Shown here one piece after another: positions 49,891 through 63,200 of a stretch of DNA of 64,000 nt. Numbering within the stretch: the stretch's first letter is position 1; each line of letters begins with the position of its first letter. The stretch is taken from the NCBI RefSeq assembly GCF_009914755.1, contig NC_060935.1; one strand, given 5' to 3'. A model generated the notes under the pieces. It worked only from the letters and a program-made list of their open reading frames with translations. It ran no database searches and had not been told where the DNA came from. A program made the position numbers and the translations under genes. The stretch is from the human T2T-CHM13v2.0 reference genome, Homo sapiens.

Positions 49891-50349
49891 CCTCAGATAA
49901 CTGGTTGCATTACTGTGAATACTTGGTACGGCTACTTCCAGTGGCTCTTTATTTCCCCTGTAAATTTGAAGATACTGGCATGAAAGCCAAAACAGGAGAT
50001 GGGGAGATAAGAAAAAAGGTATTCAGGTAGTGTCAGGTGGTCTAACCACTGAGCTTCACCCCCTTGGTGCTGTAGGTGAGAGCTTAGCCTGCAGTGTCTC
50101 TCTGGATTCTTTTGATCATTCATTGCTTGAAATGTGGGTTTCCATAACTTCACAATTCACCTCCAAGATGTAGACTGCATGGATTCCCAAGGAAAAGGAC
50201 ATCTGAAAGTTCCAGAGGCCAGGCTTGGTGTTGGGCGTTTATCAATGTACAAGTCCCTCCCTGCCTTACTCCTGAAAGGGGCACACTAGTGGTTACTATG
50301 ACTAGCTGGAGCCTGCTTGGCCTCTGTAACAACTGAAGCTGCTGGCCAC

Positions 50350-52115
50350 CCTGCCATTCCTGAAGGGTTTGTGTCTCTCTTTCCTCCTTGTCACTGTTTG
50401 CTTTTGCTTTCTCTCCTGCCACTCCATCTGCTTTTTGTTAGGTTTCTTTGTGGACTTCTACCCACCCTTTAAATGTTGGTGGTCCCTGAGGGTCCATAGA
50501 GATTTTCTTAATTTTGTCTACATTCCTTATTCTCTTTCACCTATCCGGCAATTTTGAAAAGAAATTTCTATGTGCCAGACACCGTCCTGGGCATTTGGGG
50601 ATATGAACATGAATGATGGGCCCTTGCCTTTAATCAGCGTGTGGTTTATTAAAGGAGAAACTATGTAAAACAAATACAACAAAGTGTGATATGTATTGTG
50701 CAAGGTGTCATGGAAGTGCAGAGGAGAGTGGGGGTAATTCCGCTTGGGACTTCAGGATCAGCTTTCAGCAGGAGGTGGCAATACATTGAGACTCCCTAAT
50801 TCATTTCTGTGGCCATGACCACCCCTGTCTTCTGAGCTCCACACTTGAGTTTCAGATGACTTGCCAGACATCTCTACTAGCATATGCTGCGGATACATCA
50901 GACTCACAATTTTCAAAATGAAACCTCAACCTCCTTACATTGACATTGCCAGCCACCCAGTCACCCAATCTGGAAACCTGAGCTTGATTCTGGTCCCCCC
51001 TCTCCCTCCCTCACCTAACCACACCCTGATCTCTATGATCAGGTGTATCTCTATGAAAGTTCTGACCTGCCTCTTTCTACATGACCACGAGGTCTGCTCA
51101 AGTTCAGGCCCTCGTTATCTCTAACCTGGAGTATTACAAGTATTGCAACCCCTTTCCAACTCTTTGGTCCCAAACCCCATTGTGCTTAGCAAGAACCTGC
51201 GGAGCTCCTCACACACTCACATCCTGCAGTCCCTCCCCTTGAGATTCTGGTTCAGGAGGAACAGCCTCACGTGGCCCTGAGAGGAGTGGTTTGTGGACCA
51301 CACTGAGGATAGACAGTGTCTCTCTGCTTTTAGTGTGCTCTGTTCTAATTAGTGCTGGCTGCTTCCAGGGTATATTCTGAAGCATAGACATGCTTCTGCC
51401 ATCTTGGCTTAAAAACCTCCAGTGGTTCTGAACATCTTCACAAGGCATTGAAGACCTTTCCTAAAATGACTGGAATCGCCTCAGCTGTGTAGCTAACTTG
51501 TTTTCCTTCCCCATCAAATGAGCAAGTTGGCCTCATAGCATAGAGCTTGGCTCTTGGCTTAGTCCCAGGCCAGCAGGCCTCATACCTCTACTCTGCCCTG
51601 ACAAGTTGTAACCCTCAGTAAATAACACAATCAGTGTATACTTACAAAGGCTGTTGTATGAGGATTAAATAAAATACTGGGGATAGAGCTCTTTGCTCAT
51701 TATCTAGCGTAGCGTAAGTCCTCCATACTGAAAGCTAGTACCGTCGTCCCATGCTCTTCCCCATTATGTCCTCTACACTCCAGTTATCCCAGACCATTTA
51801 CCATTCTCTGATTAAGTCATGCAACCTCATCGCCACTACCTGGGACTGTCTTTCCTTAATTAGAAAACTCCTATTCATCCATCAAAGGCCTGCTCACATG
51901 TTCCCTCTCTGCAAAGCAGTGCTCTCTGTGGTCGTGGCTGTGCTCACAGAAAAGGCACTGTATATCCCTCTTTCGTGGTATTAGGAACCTGGTATAACTG
52001 AGAGCGCATCTCCCTTGAGTTCCTTGAGACTAGAAACGGTTTTATTTATTTTGGAATCTCAAACCTAGCAAAGTGCCTGTCACAGAGTAAGCACTCAGCG
52101 CCGTGAATGAAGGAA
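50350..52115. mobile_element. mosaic of L2, MER5-like and MIR fragments
   Basis: L2 motifs (cccagtcacccaatctggaaacctgagc; cttaaaaacctccagtggttc; cctagcaaagtgcctgtcacagagtaagcactca), ggaccacactgag (MER5) and tgaggattaaat (MIR). Confidence 0.7.
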
Positions 52116-53467
52116 TGGGGTGAGGGAACGACTGTGTGCAGAGAGTCATGTGAGAACCCCTGTTCCCCTCCCTCTGCTTGGCAGAGCTGTCCTTTGTAGA
52201 AGTGATTCTCAGTGGCCCTTGCCCCTTAGCAACCTCAGGTCAACTGGAAGACTCCCCTCCAGACAGGCGTTGCGGTCTTTCCCTATCCCACAGGGTCTAG
52301 ATGCGGCCTTCCCAGGTGACTTTCTGCTCTACTCTTTCTCAGTCTCCATCTGACCCGTGCCTAGCATCGTGGCCCCTGTAAAGGGCTCTTCCATTAATAA
52401 TTGCCTCCCTAGTGACTGATTTATCTGCTCCTTGAATCTGAGGAGGTTCACCTTTTAAGGTGAAAATGGCCAGTCACTGAAAAGCTGAATTGTTTTTATG
52501 TTATTCCCGTTCCAGTGACTTCAGAGGTGGCCCAGGGCCCATCATTTGGGGGCAAGAAGCTGCCTGGATGCTTTCTGGCCTTCTGGGTGTGCAGACAATC
52601 TCACTGTTTCACCAGCCACTTCCTTTTACTCCCTTGCCCAGGCTTCAGCGGCAGAAGACAGTGTAAGCCCCAGGAAACTGTGACAGCAATAAAAGAACTA
52701 AATGTTTTCTAGGTCACCGCCTGATCAAGTCCCCACTTAAACAATAATCTTGCCATTGCATCTGCAAAACCCCAGACTCAGGCCCCAAAAGGTTATTTCA
52801 TCAATAATTCTTGAGCTTGCCTACGGCGAGAATTATTCCCAGCAGGCGCTTCAGGCCATCTCTAAACAGGCTCTGTGGAGGCGAGGCCTGGCTCCGTTCA
52901 AGTGCTTAGGCAGGGACCATTAATATTGTTGAAGGGCAAGGGCGGGGCAGGAAGGGAGGGAATCGTGTGCTGTGGCAGGAAAGAAGAGGCCTCTGCGGGA
53001 AGGGGGCAGGGGCAGGAAGGCCAAGGCTGATTCGGCCTTGGTCTGGCAAGGGAAGCTGCGTTTCGTGGTAACAAATGAGGATTAAACCAGGCCACGTGTG
53101 CCATCCATCGCTGTGATAAAAGCCTCTCTGCCCACCGAAACTGTGCATGGGATCCTTTTGTAATCTGTAGGCTTCAGTCTATCCAGTGCCTAGCTACTGT
53201 GTTGTTGAAACGAGCTTCTTTGATTTACTCAGTGTATTTACCAAGCAATTTGCAAGACCAAGTAATTCCTTCTCAGTTCATTGCCTCGTAGGTGGGAGAG
53301 CCGCTTAGGTCCTCTTATGTGACCTCCATCCAGCCTTCCTGGGCCTTCTTAGACTCCTGTTCCTATCAGCTTTTCATCTCCTCTCCCTGCAGTCTCCAGG
53401 TGGCAGGGGGTTGCGACCACCTTCCCTGGAGAGTCTGGGCCTCTGCCCAGTCACTCCTCTGAGCCAT

Positions 53468-53800
53468 GAACTTTTTGCTATTGTGCTTTCCATCTCCCGC
53501 TCCAAGTTGACGGCTATGGCACCTTGTCCTCCCTGCTTTGGAGTCAGTGATGAATTCCCTCCGTTCATTTCGACTGTTTTCGTGGAGGTATTTATAGACC
53601 GTGATTGTGTTCCCGCTGAGCCGGATCCTTTCTCAACTATATAAATTTGACTCTCTCGCTCTCTCCCGATACGACTTATCTGCTAATCCCTAGAACATTT
53701 GTTGGTATTTATGTCTTGCTTGGATTTTCTACACCTTTTCTAAATTGCTCCGACTTGCGTGGTTCAAGTTACCCCATTCCTCGGTGCTCAATCAAAAGAG
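53468..53800 (-). mobile_element. ancient CR1-clade LINE ORF2 3' fossil (L3/X-LINE-like)
   Basis: Minus strand, single frame: SNLEKV*KIQARHKYQQMF*GLADKSYRERARESNLYS*ERIRLSGNTITVYKYLHENSRNERREFITDSKAGRTRCHSRQL, matching CR1 ORF2 LERVQ..ATKM..GL..LSYEERL..L.L.SLE.RRLRGD.I.VYKYL....RTRGH..KL. Confidence 0.85.
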
Positions 53801-54219
53801 CCTCATCTCCCCATCCTCGCCGGTTTGCTCCTGGGGACATCATCTGCTGAGAACCAGAAAGATCGTGCAAGGGGAGAGGAGGTTAACAGATGGCTCATAA
53901 TTATATTACAAGAGCATCTCTAAAGGAAATAGGATCATTTTTCAAGTGACTTCTTTACCAAAGTCTTCTGTTTCAATTCGTTCTCCCCACCCCAGCAAAA
54001 AGTCCCTCTTAAAAAAAAAAAGTCAGCCATTCATCTTCCGAGAAGAAAATAAAAAAGTCCACCCAGTCTTTACAGGGGAAAGGAGACAAATATTAAGGGG
54101 TGGAGGTGAGGAAGGTGAAAGTGACTGCTGTGATCATTTTCGTAACCGGACCCTCAACATGTTCAGGCTGCCTGCTGAAGCTAGGAAGTCCAGAATGAGA
54201 TTTATCAACTCTCAAGGCC

Positions 54220-54520
54220 ACGGAAGACCCTAGAGATTGTTGTCTAACCTCATTTTCTACGTGTGGAGACCGAATCAGGGCTGTGTAGAGAAACCAGTGC
54301 GCGTTTTGATGCCACTCATTCTGGGTTTTCAGGTCTGCTCATCTGTTTACTAGAAATGAGTGGTTCTGGATGAAGTTTCCTGACTTTACTGAACTTCAGT
54401 TTAGTTTCCTCATCTGTAAAATGCAGGCTGTGCTACTTAAATGGGGGCTTTTTGTGGATATTGAAAATAATGGATGGAATAAATAAGTGCCTTGCACATA
54501 GTAGGCACAGAATACACAAT
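54220..54520. mobile_element. MIR fragments
   Basis: agtttcctcatctgtaaaatg...gtgccttgcacatagtaggcac (+); cctcattttctacgtgtggagac (-). Confidence 0.8.
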
Positions 54521-55539
54521 CATTGCTACTGAGTCACAGAGCAGTGAAGCCACCTGCCCAAAGCCACTTTGTCAAACCTGGGGCCAGAACTTGGGGCCTT
54601 TATTTCTCAGTTCGGGACTTCTACTATGGTACTTCCTTCTCCGTAGCCACCCCATTGAACACATTTCTGTTCCTTGAAGGTGGCATGAGGATGTTCTCAA
54701 CTATGGCACTCTGGTTGTAAATATGTTTGATGCTCCTACGTGTGGGTGCTCGAAGCCCACAGTGAAGCTTCAAGTGAGGTTAGCCAGAGAGGAACACTCT
54801 TACCCTCTTTAGAAACAGAAGGGACTGGAGAGGTTTGGCTGAGAGACTTAAGAATGTAGTATGAACTTATCAGTGAATGTAGCAGCTAGGCTTTTCTTAG
54901 GGCAACTGGGCTGGGCCAGGGTCACTAGCCTGAGCTGTGGCTAGTGGTAAAGCTTCTACAGAACTGTTTAGTGGGAAAGAATCAACCTGTGTTGCCAATC
55001 ATTCTGCTGTGTGATTTACAAATGCCATCTAATTTAGTGGTTCCCCAGCTTCTGGTTCCCTGACACCAGGAAGTAGGTATAATGTTTATTATTTTATAGG
55101 TAAGGAAGCTGAGACCTAGCTATATCACATGGATTGTCCAAGCTAACAAATGGTAGTGCAAACGTTGGAACTCAGGTCCTCAGTGACTGATGCTCATATA
55201 TTCTTTCCATTTTCATGAGTACTAATAAAACACATGATAGTTATCACTTTAGGGATGGCTTTGATTTGCAGGGCACCTCTCCCTAAGGTGCTAAACACAT
55301 TTATAGATTTTTATAAATCCAATTAAGTTTATTATCTTAATATGATCTTGTCTAATTTATCCATATGGATGTGTACACATGTGATTTGGACAGGAAAATC
55401 AATTTAAATGATTTGGACCAAATGTATTTTATCTTATGTCAATGCTGTGGAATTTACCAGAGAATTGATGAAACTTCATGTCAACAGTATAGACACACTG
55501 TCGGAATGCATCCTGTAGCGCCACAGGACTCAGGCTGGA

Positions 55540-55870
55540 TGAACTTCCCCCTCAGCTCATTCAATCCACTCCTCTAGGTCTAAAAGGAAGCAAGCTGTCT
55601 TATTCTGAAAGGTCTTCAAGGACAACCTTCCTGGATGCACCATCTCCTTGTCTCACAATTCTTCACAGCCAGAAAGTTCTTATGCCTAAGCAGAATGTCT
55701 ATTGCTTTGAGCGAACCACTTTTCCTTCTGTTCCATTCTTGCTGGCTAAGGAGAACAGCTGGGAAGGTTTCAATATCTCTGTTATGAACTTGAAAGCTGT
55801 TTTAAAAACACTGCTCAAGTTTCTCTTCTGCTAGCCAAATACACTTGATTCTTTTAGCATTCGTCACAGG
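55540..55870 (-). mobile_element. L3/CR1 LINE 3' fragment
   Basis: tctcacaattcttcacagccagaaagttctt...ggagaacagctgg...ttatgaacttgaaagctgtt...ttctcttctgctagccaaatac resembles antisense L3. Confidence 0.7.
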
Positions 55871-56213
55871 GAGAGATGATTTTCTACACATCCAGCCATT
55901 TGTTAAGAGAGTTACGATGATTTTGGAATGTGAGATCTTAGGGGGGCAAGAGTGACCACTGGTTAAAAGGCTGCACAAGTAATCATCGCAATATCTGCTA
56001 CAAGTAGATCCTCACTAAATATTCTTTTTGAGGAAAAAAAAAAAGAAAATAGTGAGAACTATTGCTAGATCCTGGTGTCTATCTGAATATGGGAAGGGAA
56101 AACCATAGAGGAGAAAAAGAGTCAAATGAAAGAGGCTAAATAGGGAAAAAAGATAGTCCATACCCCAAAATTTGTATTTCTCTGTTAGCCAAGGTAGTAG
56201 AATATTATCATAA

Positions 56214-56375
<162 letters not shown>

Positions 56376-59300
56376 TAGAGTTTAGAGTAAGAAAGAACTG
56401 GCTTCAAATTCCAGCTCTGCCTTGGTGTGTGACTTCAACTGAGTTGCTTCATCTCCTTGTGTGTCAGCTTTTTCTTTGCAAAATAGGAACAATGATGATA
56501 CCTGTCCCTGAGTTATGAAGACGGGGTAAGCTAATGTATTGAAAGGATTTCCCAGGCTCAGCGTGGGTTGGTTGGGGGGGTTTCTTGAAGCATTGTAGCT
56601 CCCATTATTCTCTTAAACCAATAGTTGTCTATGGGTCTTGGGTTTTGAAACTATCATTAGGAACTTCCTCACTTTTGGATTTTGCAGATTCCTTTCCTGA
56701 GAGTTGAAATGATGGCTTTAAAAAATGTCAGGATTAGTTGGGCATTTATGAGTTCAAGGGATCCTAGATGCTAACTGGATGATGAGTTAATTATGTAGCT
56801 ATGGAATTAACATTATCATTACAGTGCTAATAATAATAATTGCATAATAGCATTATTCTTACAGCGGAATAAGACCACTGAGTGTTGTTCTTGAAAACTG
56901 ATGCAGAATTAGAGAATACTTAACTCTCTCAAGTTTGGGTACAATTTCTAAGAATCTATAGTTTAGTGACTCATTGGCACTCTAATGACTACTATTCCCC
57001 CCCCACCCACTGCCTCCCAAGATTCACATGTGAAAGAATGCAAATTCAATTCCTCCTGACAAAGAAATCTAAATTCATGGATTTTCCCAGCTGTACCCTT
57101 GAGCGAGAACTTTCCCAAAGTGAAGAGCATGGAAAAAAACAATTGGTTTTGCATGTTTCCTTGGGAATTTCAGGAGGAAATGGAGCTGGAAAGGTGGTGT
57201 TGGAGGCACGGAAATGTTGATGGAGAAAAGCCCTCTTCTTTGTATAAAACATGTGCCCTTTGTTGAAGGAAGTGGTAGCAGGCTGCCATGAACCCAGTTT
57301 TCTGAGCTCTTCCAGAATCTCTTGTGATAATATTGCTTTGTTTTAGCTGAGAAACCTTGGGGTTTTATGTGACCCATGGGTACAAAGATCATGATGGAGA
57401 CATGAGCCCTCCACAAATATTCTACCTTCCTCAAGTCACCATTTAGGGATATGGGGTGAATGAACTCGAGGACCAGCACTCGTCCAATAAATCCTGCTCT
57501 AGGAAAGACAGGAGAAACAAATAGGCTAAAAGTTCCCCAGGGCATGAAATCTTGGTAGATGTTTGTTTGCCCGCTCCTTACACCAGAGGAGGCCTCACCA
57601 CTCAAAGCAACCTGGCTCAGAGCAGACAGAGCATCTGGAGCTGCCTCAGAGGGGCTCCATGGCTTCCTCTCCAATCCACAGCCAGCCAGACCTTCCAGAA
57701 CCAGACAGGAGGGTGCTTCAGTTACTCCAAGGAGCCACTTTGTTCCATCCTGCACTACTGGGATGTAGACGGCCCCCTTCCTTAGATTACTTAGGAAAAA
57801 ACAACAAGCAAATATCACAATTGAAAAAGAGGCTTTTGGATTGCATGGTGATTTTTTAAAATAAAATGAAATAAAAGACAATTGTGGGGGACAAGAGTCT
57901 TCTCTCCAGCTCTCCAGATGGAATGTCTGTGTTGATTCATTGACTCAATAACAACTCAAGTGTTCTATTTTCTTGGACAGTGGAGATCTAGTTCAGATTA
58001 TATTAAGATCTAGGGAAGGGTGACAAATGGAGTATCACCCTATAAAGCAGAGGACTGAGAACCTGAGCATTGGATCTGAGCTCCTGCCTCCCATCCCCAG
58101 TTCTCCGTATGATGCTGGGTAAATCTCATCACCACCTGTCTCCTTACCTAGAAAATGGGAATCATCACATCTGTTCCCTCATGAGGCTCCATGCATCTTC
58201 ATTACATGCTTAGAGATGATTAGATAGAAGGGTCCACAGATCGTATTAGTCTTAACTATAATGGTCTTAATAAATATGTATGCTGCCCAAGAAGGGAGTG
58301 TATGGTGTTGGAATGGTTTATGTGTCTTCCTTTTCAGACTGGGACTGGGAAATGAGGGGAATAGCCTACTTTGTCACTATTTATCATTCTTAGTTAACAA
58401 TGTAAGATACATGATGGCTGCTAAACAATTTGGTGGCAGAACCTCATAAATGAAGTCTGTTTTCCCTGGAAACTGCATAACCATTTGAATTAATTTAATT
58501 TGAAATATCAAATTAAATTAAACTGTAGAATAATCCCCAAGGGAGAGCATATTTCATTTGCAATGTCTTTTGATAGAGTAGTCCCTGCCAAAAGTTTTGC
58601 TTTGCATCTGGCTACAGATCTAAATTTATTGCATTAGCTTTGAGAAGACTTTTAATAGAAAGTGAGATTAAAAGAAAACTTGATGGAAAATAAAGATGTT
58701 CACTGCTGAAACAGCATTCCTCAGAACGTACCTCTCTAACTTTACACTCTCTATATGTCTGTCTCTGGTCTTCAATTCAGACCGTGTAACTAGGCTGGAT
58801 GCCTGGTTGAAGGGCTTTCTTTTGATAATGCTAATTAACATGCACAGAAAATATCAGAACAAAATGGGCAGAGTCTACTTGGTTTAAGGCCTACAAACTG
58901 CATGTCTTTGCTAGATACCGCTGAAGGGGATCGTCTGCGAAGAAAGAATAGAGATACGAGATAAATTAAAGGGATCATTTTTAAAGTCACCAGGGAGTTC
59001 GTGCGCACTCAGTGGTGTCAGGTGGCTGTGTTGTCTTCTTTCTGAGTTGTCTTCTCTCTTCTCCTTCTTAATAATCTCCCGTCTAAGTGCAGGTCTTGAT
59101 TAAGGCTTTGGGTCTACAGGTTGGAAGGATAGAAGCTGATGGTGAATCCAACAGTTTCCTAAAATATAGGTCACCACAAATCACCACTTAGGAAATGACT
59201 GGTCTCTTTCTCCATGGCCAGACATTGATGAAAATTGTACTGAGCAGCTGCCTGAAAGTTGATGCAGTGGGAATAATTTATTTCTTCTTCCTGGTGAGCA

Positions 59301-60188
59301 AATACACAGCAAGAGAGGCGGATGTGAAGAAAAGCTGTTTGCTTGACACAAACAGGGCTGGCCCTTTAAGAAAGGTTTGTATGAGTTTAAATTGGGCCCA
59401 AGGAACCCAGATAAGAGTATCTTAATCAAATAAAAAAAGCATTAGGCTTTAATCTCCAGCACTTTAGTAACCTCCTAGTTTGTTTTAAATCTTGATTGGA
59501 AGAATTATCCTGACAAGAAAATTAGTAGTAAGTCAATAAGTCTGTGGCCCAAAGGTAGGGCATTAAGTAACCAGAGGGAAAAAAATGTATTCCCATCCGA
59601 GGCCCTTGCCTGCCCTCCTGTAGCCACAAACATAGCCCTGCAGACAGTTCCCTCTTGATCCCTTGCACCAGGCTGGGTGGAGAAGTTCATTATAATTTTA
59701 GCCATGAAGTCCTGAAGTGCAGGTAATCGTGTTTAAAAAGATAGGGAACATGACAGGAAAAGAACCCAGCTTCATGAAGAAATTCTAATTTTCAGCAGTC
59801 ATGGGTGGAAAATCAATACTACTCTGATGCGAAATGAGAACCGGACTGGATAAAGCCACCTCTTCCCATTGCTCTCTTTAAAAAAGACACACACCAGAAA
59901 GTAAAAAAACAAAACAACAACAACAAAAGAAAAAACAGAAAAAAACAATAGGCCTACAATAGGAAAGGTCTGCGTGCTGACACTCTCAACTTCCCTGAGT
60001 GCCTGTACACCCCCGCCCCCAATTCTTGTTGCCAGAGAGCCCTCCCCTGGCAGCAATCTAATTCCAGCTCTCCTTGTCAGAATGTGTCTTCCTGCCAGCT
60101 TCAAGCAACTCTTTCCATGCCCCTTCTTTGCACTTTTTCCACCCCCTCACCACTACCCTGAATGCGTGCTCGCCATCTGCCATTCAGG

Positions 60189-60189
60189 C

Positions 60190-60223
<34 letters not shown>

Positions 60224-60263
60224 GGAGAGAGAAAAAACAGAGAGAGAGAGAGAGAGAGAGAGA
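60189..60263. repeat. (GA)n microsatellite, interrupted
   Basis: Two (GA)n runs separated by aaaaaac. Confidence 0.95.
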
Positions 60264-63200
60264 AGACTGAGCTGAGCACCCAGCACCTAATTTTGGAAAC
60301 TCACTCGTAATTTCAATCACATCTAGGTGTTATCTTGATATAAGAACAGGTATCATTAATTGACTAGCAATGGAATGGGAGCTCTTTTATACTTTATGAT
60401 CCATTGAGAGTGGCGGCTTTAGACATATTGGAAGATTTCTGTTTTAATCACCGATTATGTATTTGGCCAATAAAGCTCATATTGTTAACATTAATATATA
60501 CATATTTATAACTCGATGAAGCCAGACATAATTAAGTAGAAATGTTCAAATTAACAATGATGATAATCATTCAAAATAAGATTCCCATGATGTCTTCCAG
60601 CAGACGACTCCACCCCCAACACTGCCGTGAGAATTGTATGTGCTGAGATGTTGTTCTTCTCACCCTTCAAAATGGGCTGTCAAATTTAACAAATGGTAAA
60701 TAGAATAATAATGAATGTCTTCATTGTGTTGTATTGAATGTCATCTGTATTCTAAAACCTCTGGTGTTGGAGGAATTCTTGCAGAGAAAGGGGCTTCCAG
60801 GAGGGCTTCAGTACAAGGCCCATGCCAGTATGGCAGGTCCCTTAGAAGGCATGTCTTCTGGATGATCAGGCCAACAGTTGACCAGGACCAGGACAGATGT
60901 ATTGTTGGTCTAGGCCCCTGGAATGCCAGTGGCGCTATCTCACATCCCTGGAAGAGAGTGGAGCCATCTGCTCATCTTGGCTTCAGTAGTTACATGCAAC
61001 AGGTTCCCCAAGGAGGAGGCATGCAGCTCTGAAGTCAGCAGGGAGACAGGGGAGAAGTAAAGCCTTTCTTTTGGGTCAAGCTGACATCTGCTCTCCATTC
61101 CACCTCCACTCCCAATGTGCCAGCACAGCTTTCTCCTTCCTTTGCTTTGAGCAGTGTGTACTCTGAATTACGTTTGCAGTATATCCCTGTGTCCCTGCCA
61201 AATTCACTGGTGGGGAAAATTGGTGGTATTGTGGGTAAGCTGACTTGGGACAGAAGTCCATTTCTCGAAGGCACCACCTGCACTCAAGACATTGGTTTCT
61301 TTGAGTGCCTGGCCAGACATATCCACCAAGACTCAGGGGTCTGTCTTCCAACAAATGCGGCTCCAATTCTCACATTTTTATATGCCATGTTACACACATC
61401 ATTTCTGAACCTCTCAGAAGCCCATGCATTTCTGAGCATTGGCAATCAAGCATAAAGTTCTGGGGCAAGCTGTGAAATCTCTGAAATGAAAATCAATTCC
61501 ATCTCCATTTCATGGAGACTAATGTGGCATTTACAACATAAACAATCACTTCTGTTAGGGAGGAAAATTAAAAGCTGTGCTACATAAAGGCACAATGTTT
61601 AAAGTTCTGGTGGAAATGAGCACTTGGCTTTGAGATGATTACAAAGGGAATTGGAAAAAGAAAATAAAAAAAAAAAGAAAAGAGAAGAAAAGAAAAAGCC
61701 AGCCCCAACAATTCAGAAGTGCAGAGGTTTCATAATACAAATTTGCTATGGCTGACACCACTGGCCTCAGCTCAGACCTCTGGGAGAAAAAGAAAATCTT
61801 TGGGCATTTCCTAAGCAATGTGGGAAAGGTATTTCAAGGGCCCAGGAAAGTCACATCTATTTCCTTTTTTGATAGTGTTAGGAGACACAGACAATTTCCT
61901 ATGGGAAAGGGCTTGAGACCTACAGGATAGGCAGGGGGCCCAGCAGTTTTAGGGTCCCCTCAAAGTATAGGTCTTTTGAATCCTTGATCTGGTGACATTT
62001 TTCATTATATCAACCTTCATTTCTGTGTTGTTATAATAGGGCTCATGAGTGTCTATGTGCAGAATACCAAGATTTACAGATTGAAATAAAAATTAAAGGC
62101 AAGAAAAAAAAAAGAGTCTACTGTTCTTTTAAAAGCCTGGAAATTAGCTCATATTCACCACTAGCTAACTAAGGAAATCTAGTCAAGGATCTCCACCTCT
62201 GAAGACTCAGTTTCCCCATCTGTAAATTGAGATACTAGACCATGTGATACTAGCCCCAAAGGGAGCTGTCTCTAAAATTTTGTCATTCTCTTATTCTGTA
62301 TGGGATGGCAACCAACCATTCAATTGGTATCATTTGCAAGGGTGGTGGGGAAAAGCATAAGTTGTTGCCAATCGGGAGGTGCTCATTTGCATAATGACTG
62401 ATTCCCTAATTAGCCAGAAAGACTTCCAGTGTCGCCATGTAGGAGCACACCAGAGTTCCTGCTGTGACGTTACTTAGTTGAGCTCTCCGATTTGGCTATT
62501 AAGACTCTCAAAGTACTAGCCAGCCACTAAATGACTTTTCGATAAAGCTGCCCAGGCAATTAAGAGCATTAGCATAAAGGAATCTTTCTCAATTAGCTAT
62601 TTTTAGAGTGGGCTGGAAATGCTATCTTGCAGCTTTTTAGAAATTTTTATAACAGTATTATGTTTGTTGTATTACCAGTGTCACATGTGTATTTTTCATT
62701 CTATTTTTGTTCTGCATCAAGTAATTTGTAGTAGTACTATTTTGAGGGGTAGTTATTTGCCAACCATTTGAAGAGAAGTCAAATGAATTTCTGATAAAGG
62801 CAGCCCTCGTTAATTCCAATCGGAGCATGGGACAGCCCAGGGTATGGCTTGTATACCTATGTCAGCCAGTCATCTCATCAGACATCTTGATTTGCCTTGA
62901 TCAAAGAAGCAATTTGTGAGACATTCCCTCCCCTCTCCCCACCAAAGTGCTAATCACCTTTTCAAGGTAGAAGATAGATGGGAAACACCGCACAAATTGC
63001 TTGCCATTGCCCCAAAATGCTAATCACTTACGAACATCTAAATTATGACTGGAGACCTTGCATGATAAGGTAAGGAAACAGTGTCAGTGCATACAGAACT
63101 ATTATTTACCAGTGTCAAAAATAACTATCGCATTTGCATAGCTGTGGCGCTAGATGACAATTTCTCCCTCAAAACTGCTTCCGTAGCAGAAAAAGCTTTG

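Noticed and set aside
58690-59010. Possible third CR1-like ORF2 remnant (minus strand LISIIK...KTR...LRN)
   Set aside because: Similarity is too weak and needs gaps; it cannot be supported without a profile search.
61910-61975. Nested imperfect hairpin (agaccta..ggggccc / gggtcccc..taggtct)
   Set aside because: Probably a decayed hAT-type MITE; arms are too short and the family is not assignable.
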